60,438 nt of DNA, filler included, from 5 parts of 5 records of this genome joined end to end with filler, not necessarily neighbours in it, one strand, 5' to 3'; positions 20,686 to 30,839 are shown, counted from the whole stretch's first letter. Made by a program: numbers and translations. The notes: generated by a model from the sequence alone, not told the origin.

Positions 20686-21873
20686 ATGAAGCGTATCGCC
20701 ATATTCTGCGATGGAACATGGAATGCAGCAGACGCACCGCATCCCACAAACGTTGTTAAGCTAGCGCAGGCCGTAAAGCGGACAGCTTCGGATGGCACGA
20801 CGCAAGCCGTTTGTTATGTTCAGGGCGTAGGCACTGGAGAGGGAACAGGGCGCTTCAGCCGTATGATCGACAAAGTCGGCGGAGGCGCTTTTGGATGGGG
20901 TCTTACCGAGAATATCGAGGATGCCTATCGCACACTGGTGTTTTTGTATGAACCTGGCGATGAAATCTATATTTTTGGTTTTTCGCGAGGGGCGTATACA
21001 GCCCGCTCCCTCGCTGGCTTGATCCGCTCTTCTGCAGTAATCGATGCAAGTCACGTCAGACGTATTCCTGATCTTATTGCGAGATATCGATCTCGCGATG
21101 AGGGAACCCACCCGGATGACGAAGAAAGTTTTAAATTTCGGCTCGATCTGGCGCCAAATCTTTTCACGAGCGCGAAAGAGAAAATATGGCGGGAAAAGCA
21201 TGGGCACTCACCGGGAATTCGGCTCCAACTCTCCTATATCGGTGTCTGGGACACCGTAGGGGCCCTGGGATTGCCCGCCCACTACGGCAAAGTGGCAAGC
21301 TTTTTCAACAGGAAGTATGACTTCCATGATACGCAGTTGTCGAGCAGCGTGAAGTCGGCGAGGCATGCTGTTGCCATCGACGAACGCCGAAAGACATTTC
21401 CCGCTGCTCTTTGGGAAAATATGGACAAGCTGAACGAAAAAGCGCTGGCTGAACGCGTCGATCAATCGACCCCATATCAGCAACTGTGGTTCCCTGGTGA
21501 CCACGGTTCGGTCGGAGGCGGCGGTGATATTGTCGGTCTCTCTGACAACAGCCTAATCTGGATTGCTGAAGGCGCCGAGGAAGCCGGACTTGAATTTGCT
21601 CCGGAAGCTCTCGCGGCATACCGTGAAAATCGCGACCATCGGGCTTCTCTGAGTAACCAGTCGGAGCCACCCCGTGGCTTCTTTAATAGCGTAACGCGCA
21701 GAAAGATGATGGATCGGGAGAACCGGGCGGGTTTCGCAGTGCTCAGCCCTGCCGCGATTGACCGCTGGCATGAGCCGGCAGATCGGCTTTTCGAAAAGAA
21801 AGCTTATCGTCCAGGCACTTTGAAAGCGTGCGAGGCTGACCTCACTGCATGTCGACCTTCGCGGGGCAGTTAG
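20686..21873 (+). CDS. DUF2235 (Tle1-like) alpha/beta hydrolase
   Basis: IFCDGTWN, TNVVKL, GFSRGAYTARSLAG, GVWDTV, HAVAIDERR, WFPGDHGSVGGG. Confidence 0.9.
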   Translation: MKRIAIFCDGTWNAADAPHPTNVVKLAQAVKRTASDGTTQAVCYVQGVGTGEGTGRFSRMIDKVGGGAFGWGLTENIEDAYRTLVFLYEPGDEIYIFGFSRGAYTARSLAGLIRSSAVIDASHVRRIPDLIARYRSRDEGTHPDDEESFKFRLDLAPNLFTSAKEKIWREKHGHSPGIRLQLSYIGVWDTVGALGLPAHYGKVASFFNRKYDFHDTQLSSSVKSARHAVAIDERRKTFPAALWENMDKLNEKALAERVDQSTPYQQLWFPGDHGSVGGGGDIVGLSDNSLIWIAEGAEEAGLEFAPEALAAYRENRDHRASLSNQSEPPRGFFNSVTRRKMMDRENRAGFAVLSPAAIDRWHEPADRLFEKKAYRPGTLKACEADLTACRPSRGS

Positions 21874-21957
21874 TGCGGTCGCAAGGCGTCGAACAAGATC
21901 AAGGGCATTCAACTGATCAATGCTCCCGTTGGCGGGCGTCCTCAGAGTTCGGCTAAG

Positions 21958-22230
21958 GCTGTGATCTTCATAGAGAGCATGGGCGAACGCGACTTCCTGG
22001 CTGACCTCAAGACGCAGCGTGCCGTTGTCATGGGCCTGATGATTGCCGGGGAGGCCGCAAGCTGGGTTCTCGCCGACTGCCCGGAGTTCGCGTAGTCGCA
22101 GGCCGCTGTCCCCTGGCGCAGCATTTATGGCGTGAGCAACAGGATCGCGCATGGTTACTTCGGCATAGACCTCCAGGTCGCCCGGCAAACGGTTGCCGGG
22201 CTGGCTGCACTGATCGAGCACCTCGCTGGG
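21958..22230 (+). pseudogene. Decayed HepT/DUF86 HEPN ribonuclease toxin
   Basis: One frame reads DFLADLKTQRAVVMGLMIAGEAA...PEFA*SQAAVPWRSIYGVSNRIAHGYFGIDL. In-frame TAG at 22093-22095, RxxxxH motif changed to SNRIAH, no start codon. Ends approximate. Confidence 0.75.
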
Positions 22231-22493
22231 ATTCATCACCGAAATCAGAATTGGGACTGCTTGAACTCTGCCCTCTGCTGGGCGGGACTTTCTGAGCATT
22301 GCAAGGCCCTCTTACACAAAGCAAATTTGCTGGTGGGAAAACCGCCCAGGGTGCGGACGTCCAATTGCCTTTACGCCAGCCTTTCAGATAGCGGACGGGT
22401 CACTGCCCTATTCAATTGCTTGACCAACCTCAGAGGAATTGCGGCACAGAAGCGCGAGGGAACAAAGCTGGAACATTTCGGCGAAAAACATTG

Positions 22494-22604
22494 AAAAATG
22501 CGAAAATTAGAATTATTTTCTATTTTTCGCACAGAATCCAATTTCCTCTAACTCGTTGAATTTAATGGATCTGCAATGCGAAGCGTTTTATTTTTCGCAT
22601 TTTT
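22494..22604. promoter_or_regulatory. AT-rich control region with repeated TGCGAAAA sites
   Basis: Direct copy 22494-22508 and inverted copies 22523-22531 and 22591-22604, upstream of XRE-tnsABC. Confidence 0.6.
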
Positions 22605-22781
22605 ATGAGAAAAAATAAGCAATTTCAACTTTTTACCATGCCATCTCATCGTTAAGCCGGTGGCAAGTCGAGAATATGCCGTTTAGCAAATTTTTTCACT
22701 TCATGCTTGACCGTAAGAATCGCGCTGGCTACGATTCACTTACCGAAATCAAGAAACCGAATCGTTCTCAGGAATGAACGC

Positions 22782-23039
22782 ATGTCTCACCAAACGATCC
22801 GCTTCGACCTGTCCAAACCGAAAGACAGAGGGAAGTTCTTAAGGAATGTGATGCTTGACAGAGCGCTAAGCTCAAGTGATCTGGCTGACCACATTCAGGT
22901 GAGCAAAGCGACCGTAAGTGCGGTTCTGAATGGAAAGAAACAGTCGCGGCGTGTTGTGCGCGCAATGGCAACATACCTCAAGCTCGATCCGGATATATTT
23001 TATCCGGAAACTCCCGACGAAACGTCATCAAGAGAATAG
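22782..23039 (+). CDS. Small XRE/Cro-like HTH regulator
   Basis: LSSSDLADHIQVSKATVSAVLNGK HTH; first gene before tnsABC. Confidence 0.8.
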   Translation: MSHQTIRFDLSKPKDRGKFLRNVMLDRALSSSDLADHIQVSKATVSAVLNGKKQSRRVVRAMATYLKLDPDIFYPETPDETSSRE

Positions 23040-23468
23040 GCTAAGACGCTGCCGGCCAGGTGAACTTCATTCGGCACGGTGAATGCTAAAATCAAAACAC
23101 TTTCAGAAATTCGCATTTATCAGGAACTGTGTATGGAAAGAGATATTCTGGAAGCAAACGCGTACAGTCTTCACGCTATATGAGCGCGTTGCCGCTTGGA
23201 GGGTAGCGTTCGCGGATTCTCGCTGAACCCCTGCGTCTAAGCTGAAACTAAATTCGGGCGGTCTGCCGCTCGCAAATGCTGGACAGGAAAGGAAACGAAC
23301 ACAAGCAAAACATATATGGCCAAGGCCAAAACAGAAAAGGCGTGATTGCGTCAACAATCACGCCCTTCCGAAAAGAAGCAGACGCCTCTTCGTAAGCACC
23401 ACCTCAATAGCACGGCTGTGCCGGGGTGGGAAGGGTGTCGCTTCTCCTCAACATCTGAATTGAACAGA

Positions 23469-23491
23469 CCCGAGAAGCCATGCTTCTCGGG
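23469..23491 (+). promoter_or_regulatory. Perfect 10-bp hairpin abutting the tnsA RBS
   Basis: CCCGAGAAGC-CAT-GCTTCTCGGG, then AAGGAG and ATG at 23504. Confidence 0.5.
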
Positions 23492-23503
23492 CAAGGAGAA
23501 CCT

Positions 23504-24280
23504 ATGCCTATTCAACGGCACGTAAACTTCGAAATCCCGTCCGAACACCCTTACGCCAGCCACCCTGAGCTCTGGGATTGCACCATCCAACCGCCGCCGC
23601 TTGCCGACCCCGACGATCCGCATCGACTATCGCGCTCGCACCTGCAGAAAATTGAGCTTGGGAAATCCAGTGGCTCCTGCAAGGTTGCCTTTGTCACACG
23701 GCTGCACCGCTCGACCGTCTTGCAGGAATTCTGGTGCGCTTCATATGAGGAGTCCCAGGTTTATCTGAACCTTGCCGCCCATCCCGATACGGTCAACTTC
23801 AAGGAACAGTTGACCCGCATCGACTATGTCGATGATGCCGGCAAGGACAGGCATACGCTCATGGATGCACATCTGCTTCTTCGTAACAGCGAGGAAGTGC
23901 TTGTCTCCGTCAAATATGACGAGAAAGCCCGGCGGCCATCCTACCTGGAGGAAATCCGGCAAATCGCAGAGCAGTGCTCGAGTGAAATCGCCGATCGTAT
24001 CGTGGTGGCATCCCGCTATCATTTTCATCCCGTCTACCGAGAATGCGCTCGGCTCATACACCTGGCTCGACGAAGCTGGGACCCCGAAGCGGATCGGATC
24101 GTCCAGGAGGCAGCGCACGATCTGGGGGATCGGTTTCTGCTTCAGGACCTTGTGGACAGGTCCGGGCTTGGGAACCGCGGCCGGCGCGCTGCGATCCGGT
24201 TGATCGGCGATGGTGATCTCAAGAAGCGCCTGCTTGACCCCATCGCGCCGCAGTCCATCATCTGGAGGGCGGCAGCATGA
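23504..24280 (+). CDS. tnsA: TnsA-like endonuclease
   Basis: S.EE...L..HP.TV..KEQ...I.YVD..G..R...MD...VSVK (PD-D/ExK TnsA_N pattern) and C-terminal wHTH. ATGA overlap with tnsB. Confidence 0.75.
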   Translation: MPIQRHVNFEIPSEHPYASHPELWDCTIQPPPLADPDDPHRLSRSHLQKIELGKSSGSCKVAFVTRLHRSTVLQEFWCASYEESQVYLNLAAHPDTVNFKEQLTRIDYVDDAGKDRHTLMDAHLLLRNSEEVLVSVKYDEKARRPSYLEEIRQIAEQCSSEIADRIVVASRYHFHPVYRECARLIHLARRSWDPEADRIVQEAAHDLGDRFLLQDLVDRSGLGNRGRRAAIRLIGDGDLKKRLLDPIAPQSIIWRAAA

Positions 24281-26544
24281 ACTTCTCCAGCGACGTCTTT
24301 GGCAAACTAACCGGCCTGGATCGCGTTACCCTTGAGGGAAACGAGGTCGTGGAGAGGCGCTTCATTAAGGGCAAAGAATCTCGCGCCCAGAACGCAAATC
24401 AAAACAACCCGGGTGAGATCAATCTTTACCGCTTGAGCGTCAAAAGGCCGGATGGCGGCGTCGATCTTCGGGACCTCCGCCCCAACGAGGTATCTCACCT
24501 CATTGAGACTGAACATCTGGTAATTGATCGGGGATTTTATAGTCCATCTCGCCAGCAGGACCGAGAGATTTATGGCGGTCATGATCTATACGGCGCGACC
24601 AAGGCACAGCGCTATACCGCTGAACTCAAGTGGTTTTGCGCCAAGATGATACATCGATTTCGGGATGAAGGCATGAAGCTGACCCGCGCAGCTGTGGGCG
24701 CACTTCGGCCCCAGATGCTCGACGAATTCGAACGCTATCAGGCTCGCCTGCGCTATGGCACGGATCGCGTAAACTCCACTCAGAAGTTTCACAAGCTACC
24801 TAGCGCTGACTCTCTCTTGAAATATTACAGGAAGATCAAGGAATTTGGCTCCAATCCAAATGTCTTCCTCCGAGCAAAATCAGTTGCGGAGCATGAAGAA
24901 TCCGAAATTCAGAGAATCGAAAATTTTGCCCTCGTGATGGCACAACTAGGAGAGTATGCTTCATCGACGCGTCCGAGCAAGATAAAAGTCATTGAGCGCC
25001 TCTTCGACGTTTTGAAAGCAGAAAACAAGGCTCGAAAGTCACAGGGCCGCAAGGACAAGATTAAAATCCTATCTCAGCGGACTTATGAGCGCTGGATTGA
25101 CCGATATCTGGACCCGTTCGAGGTTTGCATCCAGCGGAATGGGCTGGCTGCAGCCCAAAAGAAGTTTGGTAGCGTCGAGTTGGGCCTGACAGCACGCTTT
25201 CCCGGTGAAATGGTTCAGATCGATGCATGGATGTTCCATTTGGTCACTCTCGATATAACCCGCGAACAATGGAACAGGATGACGCCCGAGCAGCGCAGCA
25301 AGGTCAAGAAAGTTCGCCGCTGGATCACGGTCATGATCGATGTTGCAACCCGGTGCATCCTGGGCTTTTCCATCAGCAAACATCCAACCGTAGACGCTTC
25401 CCTGGAAGCGCTGAGAATGTCCGCTTCCGATAAGACCTATCTGCTCAGAGAAATCGGCATCAAAGAAGGCCACTACAACTATTGCTGCCCGATACAACAG
25501 GTCGCCAATGACAATGGCTCCGAGTTCGGCAAATTACCTTTTGGCGGAGCAATGTTTGCCCAGGGCGTGCGCACTCTCGGAGCATCCCTGATGAACACGG
25601 CAGCAGGCGTTTCCTGGCTGCGTGGACATATCGAGCGCTTCTTTCGGACGTGTGACCTGCAACTTGCACGTTATCTGCCGGGTTACACCAGCAACAACCC
25701 GCAAACGCGCAACGACAGGAAACCTGGCGAGGAAGCTTGCATCACTGATGACGAACTTCATAAGCTTTTTACCGCATTTATCGCCCGCTACCATAACTCG
25801 CCCCATCGCGGTCTGAACGGCAGGACGCCGGCGGCGGTATGGGATGATCTCATCCAACACGAAGATTACGATCCCTTGCTGATGCCACTACCCGGTCGGT
25901 TGCGCGAAGCGTGCGGCTTCGAGGCTGAAGCGAACATCACCGAAAATGGCATCAGCTATGCGGGCTTGACCTATGCAAACGCGTTCACCCGCAATCAACG
26001 CTTGGCCCGATTGGACGATCGCGTTGCCAAGCCCGGTGAAAAGGTCAGGATCAAGGTCGACCCCTTCGACCTGGGTGGGATCTCTGTCGTTGCCAATGAA
26101 GAACTGATTGCTGTCCCGTGCCTTAATCCGGATATGCGCGGAAAAACGTTAAGGCAATGGCAGGACGCAAAAGCGGCGGCACGGCAACGCATCAAAGCGG
26201 AAAAACTCTCCCGCGAAGGGGCGCAGGCTGAAGCCATCGAAAATGCTGACAAGCTCGTCAATGACATTCTCAGAACATCAGACATTGGCATGATGGGCTA
26301 TACCAGCGATGAAATCGACCGTGCCAAACGAGAACTGAGCTTCGGCAAAGGCCAGCACGAAAGACCATTCATCGGTCAGGATGAGTACGTGGATCCGCTG
26401 TATGCGGGCACTGAAATCCAGGACAACGAGTTCACTGACGAACATCCCGATCAGGAAGAATATCGCGAAGATATGCCAACGCCGATGGACCGGTTTCGTT
26501 CGGACGCGATCAGACGCAGAAGACACACGGGTGGCGCGCGATGA
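24277..26544 (+). CDS. tnsB: TnsB/TniA DDE transposase with Mu-transposase C-terminal domain
   Basis: PGEMVQID, IDVATRCILG, DNGSEF, GHIERFFRT (DDE triad), YHNSPHRGL, KVDPFDLG. Confidence 0.92.
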   Translation: MNFSSDVFGKLTGLDRVTLEGNEVVERRFIKGKESRAQNANQNNPGEINLYRLSVKRPDGGVDLRDLRPNEVSHLIETEHLVIDRGFYSPSRQQDREIYGGHDLYGATKAQRYTAELKWFCAKMIHRFRDEGMKLTRAAVGALRPQMLDEFERYQARLRYGTDRVNSTQKFHKLPSADSLLKYYRKIKEFGSNPNVFLRAKSVAEHEESEIQRIENFALVMAQLGEYASSTRPSKIKVIERLFDVLKAENKARKSQGRKDKIKILSQRTYERWIDRYLDPFEVCIQRNGLAAAQKKFGSVELGLTARFPGEMVQIDAWMFHLVTLDITREQWNRMTPEQRSKVKKVRRWITVMIDVATRCILGFSISKHPTVDASLEALRMSASDKTYLLREIGIKEGHYNYCCPIQQVANDNGSEFGKLPFGGAMFAQGVRTLGASLMNTAAGVSWLRGHIERFFRTCDLQLARYLPGYTSNNPQTRNDRKPGEEACITDDELHKLFTAFIARYHNSPHRGLNGRTPAAVWDDLIQHEDYDPLLMPLPGRLREACGFEAEANITENGISYAGLTYANAFTRNQRLARLDDRVAKPGEKVRIKVDPFDLGGISVVANEELIAVPCLNPDMRGKTLRQWQDAKAAARQRIKAEKLSREGAQAEAIENADKLVNDILRTSDIGMMGYTSDEIDRAKRELSFGKGQHERPFIGQDEYVDPLYAGTEIQDNEFTDEHPDQEEYREDMPTPMDRFRSDAIRRRRHTGGAR

Positions 26545-27554
26545 CCAGCACGAATTCTATTGCTGATCAGTTCGACGCCTACGGCAAAATTGCTGCACGC
26601 CTGGTCGCGCTGGAGGACTACTTTGTCAAGACTCAAACCTACTGGGACTTCAGGGACCGTATTTTCTCTGTCCTTGAAGCGCGCGAGCAGCGTCTAAAAC
26701 ACGGCAAGACCGAGCTCAAAGGGGCTGCACTTATCGGTGATGCAGGCGCAGGCAAGTCACGGATCGCTCAGGAAATCATCGCGGAGTACCACACGGTCAT
26801 ATCCACAGGAGCAAAACGACAGTTCGGTTCGAAAATTGTCAGCATCGTGGTGCCAGGTCGCGCCACGGTCAGGGACACGCTGAAGGAGATCCTTCGTATT
26901 CTCGGATACCCGGTCACGGCAAATCGCGATGAAGATTATCTGACGCAGCGCGTCGTTCATCATATGAAGCATAACGGCGTTGTCGCCCTGCACCTCGATG
27001 AAGTTCAGGATAGCGGACGCTACAAGACCAGTGACAGCATTGGCGTATTTATCAAGCGCTTTCGAAACCTGATGCAGAATCAGGAATGGCCGGTTTGCCT
27101 GATCCTGACTGCTACACCTGAAGGGAGGGAGCTTGTCACCCAAGACCCCACCCTGACGCGCAGACTTCGCCCCATCGAGATGCGACCACTCGATTTCCAG
27201 ACTGATGGCAAAGATTTCCGGCATGCTATCAGAACATTGCTCGAACGAGCAGATTTAGCCCCGGCGGACGAGTTACTGAACCAGGATGAATTCATCAAGA
27301 TCTTGTTTCACGCGGCCAACTATCGCTTCGGCGTTGCGATGGAAATCACGATCGAAGCGACCGGAGAATGCCTCGGCGCGAAGCGGCGCGAGATTGACAT
27401 CGGTGATTTTGCCGAGGCCTATGCTGTTCGTATGGACTGCGATGACGAGATGAATCCGTTCTTGGCGAAGAATTGGATCGTTATCGATACCAATCTGGCA
27501 TTACAGCGGCATGAAGTCGATCACTCGAGGAAGCGACGGCGGCCGAAAAAATAG
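26541..27554 (+). CDS. tnsC: TnsC/TniB AAA+ ATPase
   Basis: Walker A GDAGAGKS, Walker B LHLDEVQD, DPTLTRR arginine finger. ATGA overlap with tnsB. Confidence 0.9.
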   Translation: MTSTNSIADQFDAYGKIAARLVALEDYFVKTQTYWDFRDRIFSVLEAREQRLKHGKTELKGAALIGDAGAGKSRIAQEIIAEYHTVISTGAKRQFGSKIVSIVVPGRATVRDTLKEILRILGYPVTANRDEDYLTQRVVHHMKHNGVVALHLDEVQDSGRYKTSDSIGVFIKRFRNLMQNQEWPVCLILTATPEGRELVTQDPTLTRRLRPIEMRPLDFQTDGKDFRHAIRTLLERADLAPADELLNQDEFIKILFHAANYRFGVAMEITIEATGECLGAKRREIDIGDFAEAYAVRMDCDDEMNPFLAKNWIVIDTNLALQRHEVDHSRKRRRPKK

Positions 27555-27580
27555 AAGTCCCAAAAATCGGGTGTTTATTC

Positions 27581-27611
27581 AGGGCTGCTCCTTCGGGAGC
27601 GGCCCTTTTTT
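27581..27611 (+). terminator. Intrinsic terminator after tnsC
   Basis: AGGGCTGCTCC-TTCG-GGAGCGGCCCT followed by a T run. Confidence 0.9.
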
Positions 27612-27652
27612 CGTGCGTATTTTCAGGCTGGGGGAGTAGCAGTTCAATTCAG

Positions 27653-27788
27653 GACGGATTTCAGGTGTCGGAAGACGGAATTCGAGTGTCGGATTCAGAA
27701 AACCGACTTGTCGCAAGGCGATGTAAGTAATTGATTTTATTGATCCTGAAAATCGGACAGAACGGCGTTTCCATGGCGGACGTCAACA
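27653..27788 (-). mobile_element. Tn7-like transposon end
   Basis: 20-bp repeats at 27653-27672 and 27674-27693 (17/20 identical), a third at 27761-27780 (12/20), then exactly 8 bp ending in ACA (5'-TGTTGACG on minus). IHF consensus at 27724-27736. Confidence 0.72.
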
Positions 27789-27815
27789 ATGAAGCATAAG
27801 AATGCACGAAATCGC

Positions 27816-27915
27816 NNNNNNNNNNNNNNNNNNNNNNNNNNNNNNNNNNNNNNNNNNNNTTAATTAATTAANNNNNNNNNNNNNNNNNNNNNNNNNNNNN
27901 NNNNNNNNNNNNNNN
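27816..27915. other. Artificial contig spacer
   Basis: 44 N + TTAATTAATTAA + 44 N. Confidence 0.99.
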
Positions 27916-28059
27916 AAGCAAAATTTGGCCAAAATTTGGCCATTTTTCATTGAATTCAACAAACAGGCTCGCAAAGAATTAGGTTAAAAAATTCCGCAGG
28001 TAGCTAGCACCCATCAAATCACTAGATTGTTTGGCTGTCACGGATCATACCGAGTGCTC

Positions 28060-28515
28060 CGAGTCACCGGCACGCCCGCCAAGCGCTGTGGGGCGGCGGG
28101 CGGGGCCGGCAGTCAGTCGTGTGTGGTGGCAAACGGTGAACGGAAGCCGGCACGCCCCGCGACTCACCGTCGTCTCTGGTGCGTCACCCACCAGCACTGA
28201 CCACGACTCCGAGGGCCGCGGCCGCGCCGCCCGGCCGGGCCGCCCGGGGCGGGCGCCCCCACCGGCACGCGGGCGAGCCGGCGGTTCAGCAGTCCGGTCC
28301 CTCCCCTCGCCGGGCCCCGGCCGCCCGGGGGCGGCGGTGCGGCGGCCGCGCGTGCCCTTGGCACCACCTTGCCTGCCGGTGCTGGCACACGGTGGGGACC
28401 TAGCCAGCCTTCCCGTCCAGTGCCAAGCCCATCCACACAGCAGAGTGACCGCCGCGAGGGACGGCCGTCCAGCCTCTGCAGGGGGGCCAGCGTGTGCCGC
28501 ACATACCCGAGGTTG
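28060..28515. promoter_or_regulatory. GC-rich island upstream of eukaryotic gene A
   Basis: Abruptly GC/CpG-rich non-coding block 5' of ATG 28604. Boundaries approximate. Confidence 0.5.
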
Positions 28516-28603
28516 GGCACAATTTCACTTTAAATTTACGTTGTTTCTCGGACTGTTTAAGAAAGCTTGGAAATAAGGCAACTGGTGTTGGCGACTGATC
28601 GTG

Positions 28604-30063
28604 ATGGCCGTCCCTAGGCTTCGGATTTGTCGGCAGGGTGTCCTCCTTCTTGTTCTGTTCTTTGTCATGTTTTCATGGGGGAGTTGTGCGGACGGAAAAA
28701 AGAAAACAAAGGCAAAGACCTTAAAGCTGAAAATTGATGGCAAGACACTTGAAATTAAGGATTTAAGCACTTATGTCGAAGGTATCGTGTAATCTTGAAG
28801 AAAAGAAGCGTGCGCATGTAGTGATGCTCTTTTTCAGATACTCATCGATTCTGTCGTGAGAATGGAATCAACGATCCGGATTCCGTTGAATCTGTTTTAC
28901 AGGGAGTCAGGGACGCCCTTGAGCAACCAACCGCTGTTGTGAAGGTTCAAGTCAATCCAAAGGTCGCTTCCACGGATCATGAAAAGGACAGGACTGAAAA
29001 CCGAACCAAAGAAAAAAAGCGGGCAACTCAGTCCATGGTTACCGTTATTGATGCAGGGGTTGCTGGCGCATCAGTTCCTTCGACTCATGGTAATATTGGC
29101 GATCGGAACTTTTCCTTGTCGAGGACTGACACTAAATGCGCTAGTGGAACTCGTGCGAGCGCTCGTGGGCTCTGCGTTCGCTAGGCCCCCGTCATATGCA
29201 GCCCTTGGTGCAGAAATCATGAGGCTCCGACCTTGGGTCTCTCATTACCTAGCACGGGCGGTGGGCAAGGTGACGTTAGGCGACAGGTGTGCATATAGAC
29301 GTTGGCAAAAGCAGTCCTGACCTCGTCCATAGTCAATGGTCTCTCTTGGGTGAGCATAGCAATGGCTTGCACGAATATGTAAGAATGTGTTAATCCGGTG
29401 CCGTATCCGTTTTTAACCGGTTAGCATATGTTCAGTGGAAGAGCATTGCACCACATGGCGAAGGTTTCCAAGTAGCAACAACGTCAAAAAAACACTCGGT
29501 ATTGCTTCCGGCAAGAAAAATGTTAGAAGGAAACCAGGTTGGAGTTAATGTGAAATATTGATGCACTCGGCGTCTCACCAGTACACAGCTAAGAGTATCC
29601 TTCCATACCGCTCTAACTTCGGGATCAAAAGCAAAGAACAGGTAGTGAATGAGGGCTTGTCATTTCTGTTGGCTTGTGGTGACCTTTGAACGATTTTGTT
29701 GCAGCGACTCGACGGATGTGGGAATTCACATTCAAGATATGGGCTGCCTCGAGTTGAGAACCGGGGCCATAACCATACTGAGCTCTGCGAGGCCCATCCA
29801 GATAACCAACATGGTGAGGCTGCGCGCTTTCTTCAGCAGGATTATCCTCACCCTTGTGATAGGGACAGGAGCTGCTGCACCATGTTGTGTGGCAGGAAAC
29901 TGTTGACCAAAAGTGGTGGACAAGGCTCATAAGCCCGCACTGCTCTGACCGTAGACCAACTGAACGGCAAGATTGCTCTATCCAAGATACTAAGGTGTTG
30001 AATATCCCCGCAGAGGTACACGCCGCCACCCTCCTAACTGAGCATTCTAATTTTGAACAATAG
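28604..30063 (+). CDS. Eukaryotic 8-exon gene, 360-aa protein with signal peptide/anchor, function unknown
   Basis: GT-AG introns 28782-28837, 29090-29144, 29287-29332, 29379-29435, 29538-29588, 29642-29704, 29814-29862 join into one 1083-nt open frame. Confidence 0.65.
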
Positions 30064-30227
30064 GGTTTCGCCATATTGGATCCTTCGAAATCCAACTCGG
30101 CATGGTGCTCTGACGAGTTCGTTTCCGATTGGAAACCCGAAAGTACTGTTAGAGTCGGACTCCCCAGTGATATCAAGATCCAGTAACCATCCAGCCATGG
30201 GAGTCACTATTGCACATTACAAGTTCA

Positions 30228-30755
30228 TTACTTCCTCTTCGCACTCTGCTGGCCAGACGCCGAGCTGGAAATCCACAAGAAAACAGCAAGCCAGAAAAAC
30301 ATCACAGCAGCTCCGGCAAGGGCGCCAACGGCATATGACTTCAACCATGCGAAAATAAATCCAACTCCTGGTAGTCATATGGAGTTAGCTAGGTATTCTA
30401 CGCTCACCCCGACAAAGTCGTACCTCCCAAAGCAGCAGCCAAAATTTCAAACTTGACTTTGACAGCAACGTGATCATACTTTGTGGCACCAACAGCAAAG
30501 CAGTCGCTCACCATCAACGACAAAAAAAGACCGGAAAGCATCCTCAGCATTCCTACGTGGATGACACCAGTGTCAACCACACATTCCGCAAGAGTGGGGC
30601 AAGCACTACATACCAGACTCAATGTGGTTAAGCTCGGAGGAGCCGGTAACGGCAAGGGAAAACTTGGCAGGCTCAACAAACAAGACAATGCCTGCGAGTG
30701 TGTAGAACACACCATGGGCAAAGAAGGGCCACAAAGGAAGTCCTGGTACCGCCAT
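30228..30755 (-). CDS. Eukaryotic 3-exon gene, 136-aa multi-pass membrane protein
   Basis: Introns 30613-30553 and 30423-30368 give a 411-nt frame MAVPGLPLWPFF...SAKRK*. About four hydrophobic helices and a basic C-terminus. Confidence 0.65.
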
Positions 30756-30839
30756 ATCTCGCGTATGGATTGGGTAGCCCAAGATTTGCAATGCCTCATA
30801 TAAGCTCGCTCCGCCAGACAAGAGAGATTACCCATGGCC

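Larger units (their letters stand above)
9566..27788. mobile_element. Tn7-like transposon (tnsABC + tniQ, no Cas) with probable cargo; other end not seen
   Basis: TnsA, TnsB, TnsC and TniQ homologues, an end structure at 27653-27788 and accessory genes. The left boundary is unknown, so inclusion of 9566-18300 is inferred. Confidence 0.7.

Noticed and set aside
9566-27815. CRISPR-associated transposon (CAST)
   Set aside because: No cas genes and no repeat-spacer array were seen. The intergenic repeats are degenerate and separated by whole genes. Sequence beyond the contig is unknown.
27919-27940. CAAAATTTGGC tandem duplication at the contig start
   Set aside because: Only two copies; not enough for a telomeric or array call.
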